A DNA stretch of 64,000 bases, from NCBI GenBank assembly GCA_017381715.1, contig JAFOBR010000013.1, positions 12,170 to 76,169 on the forward strand, given 5' to 3'. Position 1 is the stretch's first letter; every line of letters starts with the position of its first letter. This DNA comes from Clostridia bacterium. Lineage in GTDB: Bacteria > Bacillota > Clostridia > Oscillospirales > CAG-382. The position numbers were made by a program, and so were the translations under genes. Of this stretch, positions 57,660 to 64,000 are shown in pieces. The notes beneath the pieces were generated by a model. The model worked only from the letters and a program-made list of their open reading frames with translations, did not search any database and was not told where the DNA came from.

Positions 57660-58589
57660 TTAATCTTCTATAGGCTTCATTTCATAGAGGTCCTTCCAAG
57701 CGAAGGTATCCCAGCCGGAAGTCTCGGAATCGTAATAAATAACGGACACACCAAAGTTTCCATTTCCTTCTTCCACTATTTCGGGTGCATCTCCCATAAA
57801 TGCTATCTCGGTCTTTGAATCTCTCCCTACCAGAAACAGATATGACGAGAATTTTTTAACGCTTCCGGGTACCGTTATTTTAATATCAAGACTGCCGTTA
57901 ACCAACGCATATCCGCGAACCTCTTCTCTGCCTTCCTCAAATACTATCTGCTCAAGAGAAGGAACCAAAGTAAGGGGTGAATCACCCGTATTTATAAAAT
58001 ACAGATCCAATTTTGCGGGAATGGTGATCTTTTTCAAAGCGGTGCATTCAGAAAATGCGTTTCCGCCGATTTTAAGCAATTCGTCGGGAAGATCCACTTC
58101 CGTAAGTGCTGAGCAACCGTAAAATGCACGCGCCTGGATTTTAGTCACCGTATTAGGCAACGCAATCTCTTTCAAAGCGGTACAGCCTTCAAAAGCGCTG
58201 ATGGCGATTTGAGTTAACTCAGAATTTTCAGCAAAGGTTACGCTTGTAAGCGCTGTGCAGTCCTTACAAGTGTTGTAACCGATAGAAAAAACAGTGTTGG
58301 GGAAAACTATCGATTTAATATTGCTTCCCTCAAAAACTCCGCTTTCCAATGAACCGTCTTCTGATAAACCAGCGCTGAGAGCGCGAACCGGCAGTCCTTC
58401 TATCTCCGCAGGGATAACTACGTTTTCGGAAGTACCGATGTATTTGTAAATAATTACGCCTGTTTTCGACTCACTTATTTCATACTCAAAATCCGATGCG
58501 GGATTTGGTTTATCAGCCCCTATATCGCAACCGACGAGCAGCGATAAGAGCAGCACCGTTGAAATTAATAGTACAATTATTTTTTTCAT
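57660..58589 (-). CDS. Lipoprotein with BspA-type leucine-rich repeats
   Basis: The protein is 309 aa with lipobox LLVGC. It has repeated ...AF.GC.AL..I.LP..V..I...AF..C..L units. Confidence 0.8.
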   Translation of the reverse strand: MKKIIVLLISTVLLLSLLVGCDIGADKPNPASDFEYEISESKTGVIIYKYIGTSENVVIPAEIEGLPVRALSAGLSEDGSLESGVFEGSNIKSIVFPNTVFSIGYNTCKDCTALTSVTFAENSELTQIAISAFEGCTALKEIALPNTVTKIQARAFYGCSALTEVDLPDELLKIGGNAFSECTALKKITIPAKLDLYFINTGDSPLTLVPSLEQIVFEEGREEVRGYALVNGSLDIKITVPGSVKKFSSYLFLVGRDSKTEIAFMGDAPEIVEEGNGNFGVSVIYYDSETSGWDTFAWKDLYEMKPIED

Positions 58590-58644
58590 TATAATACCTT
58601 CTGTTTTTTTGTAGCATCAAGTCAGACTTGCATAGTTTGCGTAA

Positions 58645-60015
58645 TTAAGATGCGTAGAAGGCTTTATCGGCTTTATACATCATATAGATATCGCCTTTGG
58701 AGGCAAGCTCGCCGGTGGAATGCATGGAAAGAATGGGTACACCGCAGTCCACAACGTCGATATTCAAAGCGGCAACCTCGGTAGCAACAGTGCCTGCTCC
58801 GCCCTGATCCACCTTGCCGTATTCGCCGCACTGCCAGATAACGCCTGCTTTATCAAACATTAAAGCTATGCGGGAAACAACTTCTGCGGAAGCATCGGAA
58901 CATCCGCCTTTACCGCGGGAGCCGGTGTATTTAACGATAACGGGACCGTTATTGATATATGCAGAGTTCTTGGGGTCATACGCACCGCCGAAATTGGGGT
59001 CGTATGCGCCGCCAACATCGGAAGAGAGGCAGATGGAGTTTGCACAGCAAGCAATATAATCGCTGTTATCGTTTGCACAAAGATCCATAAGGAAGTGAGG
59101 AAGGAAATCGGAGCGCAAACCGGTTACGCCCTCGGAGCCTATTTCCTCTTTATCCGCAAAAGCGGCAATGCAGGTATGCTCGGGTATATCCAGATCAAAA
59201 AGTGCGGTATAAGCGGGATAAGCGCATATACGGTCATCGTGTCCGTAAGCCATTATCATGCTGCGGTCAAGACCAACTTCACGGGAGCGGGTTGCGGGAG
59301 TAGCAATAAGCTCTGCGGTAATAAGGTCACGCTCGGTAATACCGTATTTTTCGTTAAGTATATTCAAAAGATTAAGCTTTACGCCGTCTTCTTCGTCGTA
59401 AGGTGCGCTTGCGGCTACGAGATTAAGTCCCTCACCCGTAATGCCTTCCGCAAGTGTTTTTGCATACTGGTCCTTTGCAATATGGGGCATAAGGTCGGTT
59501 ATGTAGAATACGGGTTCGCTTTCATCCTCGCCGATACATATCTTAACCTCGCTTCCGTCAGCACGGTAGATAACGCCGTGAAGAGAAAGAGGAATAGCTG
59601 TCCACTGATATTTTTTGATACCGCCGTAATAATGGGTCTTAAGAAGCGCGAGATTTGCTTCCTCGTAAAGAGGCTTTTGCTTAAGGTCAAGACGGGGACA
59701 ATCTGTATGAGCAATTATCATACGTACACCGGTCTCTGTCTTTTCTTTTCCGATAACCGCAAGATATATTCCTTTTTTGCGGTTAACATAATATACTCTG
59801 TCGCCGGGCTTGTAGCTTGCCTTGCGGTCATACGCAACAAATCCGTTCTTTTCTGCCTGCATAACAGCGTAATCAACCGCTTCACGTTCTGTTTTTGCAC
59901 TATCGATAAATTCGCGGTAGCCTTTGCAGTACTCATCTGCGTTTTGCTTTACGTCTTCGTTAAGAAAAACATTTAAGGGCTTGTATAAGAGTTTTTTAGA
60001 GAGTTCTTTATCCAT
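58645..60015 (-). CDS. M18 family aminopeptidase (ApeA-like)
   Basis: The protein is 456 aa, with ...IIAHTDCPRLDLK..., ...THYYGGIKKYQW... and ...DVGGAYDPNF.... Confidence 0.88.
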   Translation of the reverse strand: MDKELSKKLLYKPLNVFLNEDVKQNADEYCKGYREFIDSAKTEREAVDYAVMQAEKNGFVAYDRKASYKPGDRVYYVNRKKGIYLAVIGKEKTETGVRMIIAHTDCPRLDLKQKPLYEEANLALLKTHYYGGIKKYQWTAIPLSLHGVIYRADGSEVKICIGEDESEPVFYITDLMPHIAKDQYAKTLAEGITGEGLNLVAASAPYDEEDGVKLNLLNILNEKYGITERDLITAELIATPATRSREVGLDRSMIMAYGHDDRICAYPAYTALFDLDIPEHTCIAAFADKEEIGSEGVTGLRSDFLPHFLMDLCANDNSDYIACCANSICLSSDVGGAYDPNFGGAYDPKNSAYINNGPVIVKYTGSRGKGGCSDASAEVVSRIALMFDKAGVIWQCGEYGKVDQGGAGTVATEVAALNIDVVDCGVPILSMHSTGELASKGDIYMMYKADKAFYAS

Positions 60016-60562
60016 TTTTACTTTCCTCCGTATAGTATAATTGAATATAATAGCCGCGTGCCGTTTTTATACGGTTTACGAACTGTTTTGTTTCCCCATA
60101 AGGTATTTCCTTTAAAGTAACGCCATCATCGCTGTAGCGTTCGTCAGCGAGCCAACCGCCCACTGTTCCCTGCCCTGCGTTGTATGCGGCAAATACGGTT
60201 TCCCAATTCGAAAAGATTCCGTACAGATATTTAAGCATACAAGCACCGGTTCGGATATTTGATTCGGGGTCGAATATATTTTCCGCAATACATTCTTCCT
60301 TCATTTTATAGGTTATAAGCCATTCATAGGTTACGGGCATTAACTGCATCAAGCCGCAAGCCCCTACCGGCGAAACCGCTTCCGGACGAAAATCGCTTTC
60401 GCATTTTATTACCGCATATATAATGTCCTCCGGTACGCCGAATTCTATCGAGGCAGCGGTTACGAAGCTTTCGTATTTTCTGGGATACTGCTCTTCAAGA
60501 GTAGGTCCGCAGGAAGCGAGAAGCAGGGTGGCAATACATAATATAATCAAAATTTTACGCAT
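60008..60562 (-). CDS. Lytic transglycosylase (SLT domain) lipoprotein
   Basis: The protein is 184 aa with lipobox LLASC. ...AVIKCESDFRPEAVSPVGACGLMQLMP... carries the catalytic Glu-Ser motif. Confidence 0.85.
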   Translation of the reverse strand: MRKILIILCIATLLLASCGPTLEEQYPRKYESFVTAASIEFGVPEDIIYAVIKCESDFRPEAVSPVGACGLMQLMPVTYEWLITYKMKEECIAENIFDPESNIRTGACMLKYLYGIFSNWETVFAAYNAGQGTVGGWLADERYSDDGVTLKEIPYGETKQFVNRIKTARGYYIQLYYTEESKNG

Positions 60563-60563
60563 A

Positions 60564-61136
60564 TTACGCCCCCACGCACTGGATAAACAATGTGATCTTT
60601 TGGGAAAGTTCCTTTACTGTTCCCGAATTTTCTATAACGTAATCACAGTTTGCTTTAAGAAAATCATCACCGTACTGGCGGCTCAAACGATCGCGGAAAT
60701 CTTTTTCGGTGAATCTGCCGTTCATACGTTCAAGCAAAATTTTAAAAGGTGCGGTTAGCGCCAAGGTAATATCACACTCTTTATCAAAACCGCTTTCAAA
60801 AAGCAGAGGCGCCGCCACAACGCAGTTACCTTTGCTTTGCTTTATCCAACGGCGTACGTAATTCAATATGTGTTTATGGGTGATCTCATTTAAGATTTTT
60901 GTGTACTCCGCTGAAGTAAAGCATATTTTTGCGAGAGCGCTTCTGTTAAGGGAACCGTCTTCAGCCACAATACCGGTACCGAACACCGAAACCAGCTCTT
61001 CAAAGCACTGTTCATCGGGAAGGCAAACTAGACGGGAAACGTCATCACAATCGATAACGTTCAAGCCGAGTGAAGAAAATATCCTTAAAGCTTCGGATTT
61101 TCCCGTTCCCATTCGTCCGCAAAGACCTATTACCAT
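60564..61136 (-). CDS. coaE: Dephospho-CoA kinase
   Basis: The protein is 190 aa, with P-loop MVIGLCGRMGTGKSEA.... Confidence 0.9.
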   Translation of the reverse strand: MVIGLCGRMGTGKSEALRIFSSLGLNVIDCDDVSRLVCLPDEQCFEELVSVFGTGIVAEDGSLNRSALAKICFTSAEYTKILNEITHKHILNYVRRWIKQSKGNCVVAAPLLFESGFDKECDITLALTAPFKILLERMNGRFTEKDFRDRLSRQYGDDFLKANCDYVIENSGTVKELSQKITLFIQCVGA

Positions 61137-61768
61137 TCCCCTATCACCTCTTTGATCATCTTTTCCGTTACGGCGCCCTGACGCAAAATAACAGGCTTAT
61201 TCCCTGCCAGAGAAATAATTGTAGACGGAACTCCCACGGGGGTTAATCCCGAATCTATAATCGCATCTACTCTGTCACCCAAAGAGCGCATTACTGATTC
61301 TGCTTCCGCAGGGCTTGCTTCACCGGAAACATTCGCACTCGTTGCCGCAATAGGAAATCCGCACTTTTTTGCAAGTGCCAAAAACACGTTGTTTGAAGGG
61401 AAGCGCAATCCCACCGTATCCATACCCGAGGTTACGTTATCACCGATACGAGGCTTCTTTTTAACGATAACCGTAAGAGGACCGGGTGTAAATGCTTTTA
61501 TTAGAGCTTTTGCAGTATCGTCAAGATATCCTATTTCGTTTGCCTGCTCAACCGTATGAAGATGGCACAAAAGTGCCTTTTCCTTGGGACGGCATTTTGC
61601 TGTATACAGACGTTCTATTGCCTTTTCGTCAAAAACGTTTGCACCCACGCCGTATACCGTTTCTGTGGGGAAAACAGCTATTCCGCCGCCACACAGAATA
61701 TCGGCACAAATATTAATACTGTCGATATCCGGATTTGATTCCGACATAAGGAAATATTTTGCTTTCAT
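61130..61768 (-). CDS. tsaC: L-threonylcarbamoyladenylate synthase (YrdC/TsaC type)
   Basis: The protein is 212 aa, with ...GGIAVFPTETVYGVGANVFDEKAIERLYTAKCRPKEKAL.... Confidence 0.9.
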   Translation of the reverse strand: MKAKYFLMSESNPDIDSINICADILCGGGIAVFPTETVYGVGANVFDEKAIERLYTAKCRPKEKALLCHLHTVEQANEIGYLDDTAKALIKAFTPGPLTVIVKKKPRIGDNVTSGMDTVGLRFPSNNVFLALAKKCGFPIAATSANVSGEASPAEAESVMRSLGDRVDAIIDSGLTPVGVPSTIISLAGNKPVILRQGAVTEKMIKEVIGEW

Positions 61769-61771
61769 AGG

Positions 61772-63079
61772 TTATTTAACCACATACTCCCCATCCCCGA
61801 GACGGCGGATACGGGCGGAATAAAAGGCGGTAAGAGCGTTTATCATATGGGTAATATCTTCACTTCCTGCAGTTTCAAAAGAAGAATGCATTGCGAGCTG
61901 GGCGATACCGATATCCACAGTATTTACCGAAACGTGTGTTGCGGCAATATTGCCCAAGGTAGAACCGCCCATCATATCGGCGCGGTTTGTATAGCGCTGA
62001 ACGGGCACACCCGCTTCCGTACATATACGAGTAAACAGAGCATCGGAGACGGAATCCGTTGTGTATTTTTGGTTGGCATTATATTTTATAACCACACCGC
62101 CGTTAATATATACCTTGGAAGTGGGATCGGAATATTCGGGATGGTTGGGATGCACCGCATGAGCGTTGTCCGCCGAAACTAAAAAGCTGTTTGCCAAAAG
62201 AGAAAGCTTTTTGCCCTGAGTAAACCCAAAGGATTCGCAGATACGGGAAACTACGTCATCAAGGAATGTGGAATCCGCACCCTGCTTTGTGGTGCTGCCT
62301 ACCTCTTCGTTATCCAAAACAGCAAGAACGGGAACGGTATCCGCTTCGTTTGCCGCCAAAAAGCCCTGCAAAGAAGCATATACGCACTCGAGATCATCCA
62401 GTCTGGGGCAGGAAATAAATTCGCCGTTTGCACCCCACTGAACGCCGTTATCGTTATTGATAAGGAACAGATCCGTGCTGATGATATCTTCGGCAGATAT
62501 ATTCAATTCTTCTGCTATCTTTTTGCGCAAAGTATCGCAATCGCCGCTGCCCCACAAGGGAACCATATCCACGTTTGCCTTATATTCAAAGCCTGTGTTT
62601 GCGGCGCGGTTCATATGTATTGCCACGTTGGGAATGAGCACCATAGGCTCTTCGGAAGAATACAATAAAGAACGAATACGGTCGTCTTCCTTAACCATTA
62701 TTTTTCCCGCAATGTGCAAAGGTCTATCCATCCAGGTAGCGCACAGCATACCGCCGTAACGCTCGGTATTAAGGCGAACATAAGGCTTTGAATTCATTTC
62801 CGCCTGCTCTTTTATCTTAAACGAGGGGGAGTCGCTGTGGCTTGCGGTCATCATAAAGCCATTAAAGCCTTCTGCGGGAATTCTGAAAGCGATTACAGAA
62901 GACAGATTGCGGGTAACAAAATATTCCCTGCCTGCTTCCAACTTCCATTCGGAAGATTCCCACAGTTCGGTATATCCGTTTTCCGTGAGTATATTCTTAA
63001 CCTCGTCCACAGCGTGAAAAGGGCCTGTACTCTTTTTTATAAACTTAAAAAGTGAAGAAATAGTATATTTATCAGCCAT
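61772..63079 (-). CDS. M18 family aminopeptidase (ApeB-like)
   Basis: The protein is 435 aa, with ...MMTASHSDSPSFKIK..., ...ERYGGMLCATWMDRPL... and ...VDIGIAQLAMHS.... Confidence 0.9.
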   Translation of the reverse strand: MADKYTISSLFKFIKKSTGPFHAVDEVKNILTENGYTELWESSEWKLEAGREYFVTRNLSSVIAFRIPAEGFNGFMMTASHSDSPSFKIKEQAEMNSKPYVRLNTERYGGMLCATWMDRPLHIAGKIMVKEDDRIRSLLYSSEEPMVLIPNVAIHMNRAANTGFEYKANVDMVPLWGSGDCDTLRKKIAEELNISAEDIISTDLFLINNDNGVQWGANGEFISCPRLDDLECVYASLQGFLAANEADTVPVLAVLDNEEVGSTTKQGADSTFLDDVVSRICESFGFTQGKKLSLLANSFLVSADNAHAVHPNHPEYSDPTSKVYINGGVVIKYNANQKYTTDSVSDALFTRICTEAGVPVQRYTNRADMMGGSTLGNIAATHVSVNTVDIGIAQLAMHSSFETAGSEDITHMINALTAFYSARIRRLGDGEYVVK

Positions 63080-63099
63080 AAAAACACTCCGATTACAAC

Positions 63100-63125
63100 A
63101 AAGTGCGTGCCGAAGCGCGCACTTT
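63100..63125 (-). terminator. Stem-loop after the partial SBP gene
   Basis: AAAGTGCGTGC (63100-63110) pairs with GCGCGCACTTT (63115-63125), an 11-bp stem with one mismatch and loop CGAA. The U-tract is weak. Confidence 0.45.
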
Positions 63126-63138
63126 GGATTATATAATT

Positions 63139-64000
63139 TTATTTCAAACCGTTTACAAATTCATCGATAGCGCTCTGGGTGGTTCCGGAAATAGATTCAA
63201 ATGCTGAGGAGAAGGTATTGGATCCGCTGAACGCAACAGTGTTCATAAAGGTGGTAAGTGCGTTTGCATCCCACATGTTGGTAGCACCCCAGTTATATAC
63301 TGCGGCAAGATCAAACACACGGTTATTAAAGATGATATCGAGCATAGCAACGCCGTCGTCATCCTGAAGCTTTCTGTACTTAAGCATAGTGTCATAGTAG
63401 CTGGTCTTAACGGTATCGGTAGAAGCCTGACACATAGCGTCAAGAATTACAGCGCTCATTTCCGCATCCTTTGCGGAGATGGGAATTATTGCACTGGAAG
63501 CGTAAATAACAGAAACGTATGAATAATACTCGTCCTGTGCTTCATCAAATTTAGGAGTGGGAATGATACCGAAGTTGCATTCGTAGTTACCGAGCTCCTG
63601 AATATCAACGACTGCCATGGAACGGAAGAGTGCCTTTTTGGAAGCGACAGATTCGCTAGCCTTGGTGTACACATCATCATATGTACCAACGTAATCTTCG
63701 ATAAGCGCAATTTTATCGCTGTTACAAATATCAAAAATCTTGTTGAACACGGTAATAGCTCTTTCACCGTTAACAGAGATTATAGGCAGGTCATCGGTAT
63801 TCTTGCTTGTGAGAGTCTCGCCTGCACCGAAGTAAAGAGAGGTAGCATAGTTGTTATTGATAAGGAATCCCCATGTATCGTCAAGATCGGTCTTGCCGTC
63901 GCCGTTTTCATAGGAAACTACCTTCGCCATGGAAAGAAGCTTATCCATGGTCCATTCGCCGTCATAAACAAGATCATAAGGGTTATCAAGATTATTATCC
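63139..64000 (-). CDS. Extracellular solute-binding protein (sugar ABC, LplA-like), C-terminal part; 5' end off window
   Basis: The frame is open to base 64000: ...DNNLDNPYDLVYDGEWTMDKLLSMAKVVSYENGDG.... The C-terminal ...YDTMLKYRKLQDDDGVAMLDIIFNNRVFDLAAVYNWG... is typical of large lipoprotein sugar SBPs. Confidence 0.8.
   Translation of the reverse strand, partial: DNNLDNPYDLVYDGEWTMDKLLSMAKVVSYENGDGKTDLDDTWGFLINNNYATSLYFGAGETLTSKNTDDLPIISVNGERAITVFNKIFDICNSDKIALIEDYVGTYDDVYTKASESVASKKALFRSMAVVDIQELGNYECNFGIIPTPKFDEAQDEYYSYVSVIYASSAIIPISAKDAEMSAVILDAMCQASTDTVKTSYYDTMLKYRKLQDDDGVAMLDIIFNNRVFDLAAVYNWGATNMWDANALTTFMNTVAFSGSNTFSSAFESISGTTQSAIDEFVNGLK

Overview
This 64-kb chromosomal window comes from a low-GC, endospore-forming Firmicute that looks like a Clostridia member. 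The inference rests on spoVAC-spoVAD-spoVAEB, PFOR (nifJ), ppdK, pth-mfd, tadA-metG-tatD, gap, murC, rpmB and coaE-tsaC. I support about 50 protein genes and found no rRNA, tRNA, CRISPR array, transposase or integrase. Housekeeping blocks alternate with three accessory blocks. (i) 5.2-17.7 kb is a tightly packed seven-gene minus-strand operon. It encodes a ~1100-aa solute-binding protein with N-terminal beta-rich modules, two complete ABC permease pairs, an NHL/TPR/Yip1 fusion membrane protein and a 963-aa secreted protein. It has no ATPase gene. A 0.6-kb noncoding region full of inverted repeats lies upstream, and a 5'-truncated GNAT remnant lies at the other end. This is my best candidate for an uncharacterised system. 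(ii) 24.5-31 kb holds hypothetical membrane proteins and lipoproteins around an 876-aa ECF sigma factor. That sigma factor carries a ~685-aa extension with no transmembrane segment and an internal duplication. (iii) 48.8-54.3 kb holds two tandem ECF sigma/anti-sigma-like modules with PepSY domains, and both are damaged. One sigma gene has TGA at the conserved Trp codon, and one anti-sigma gene has a 1-nt frameshift at an A-run. Separately, metG is interrupted by a single in-frame TAA inside a 21-nt tandem duplication, which detaches its C-terminal tRNA-binding domain. Many very long ORFs in the supplied track are codon-aligned antisense shadows of real genes, because TTA/CTA/TCA codons are avoided, and I reject them. 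All functional calls rest on motifs I read in the translations and on memory of protein families; no database search was possible.
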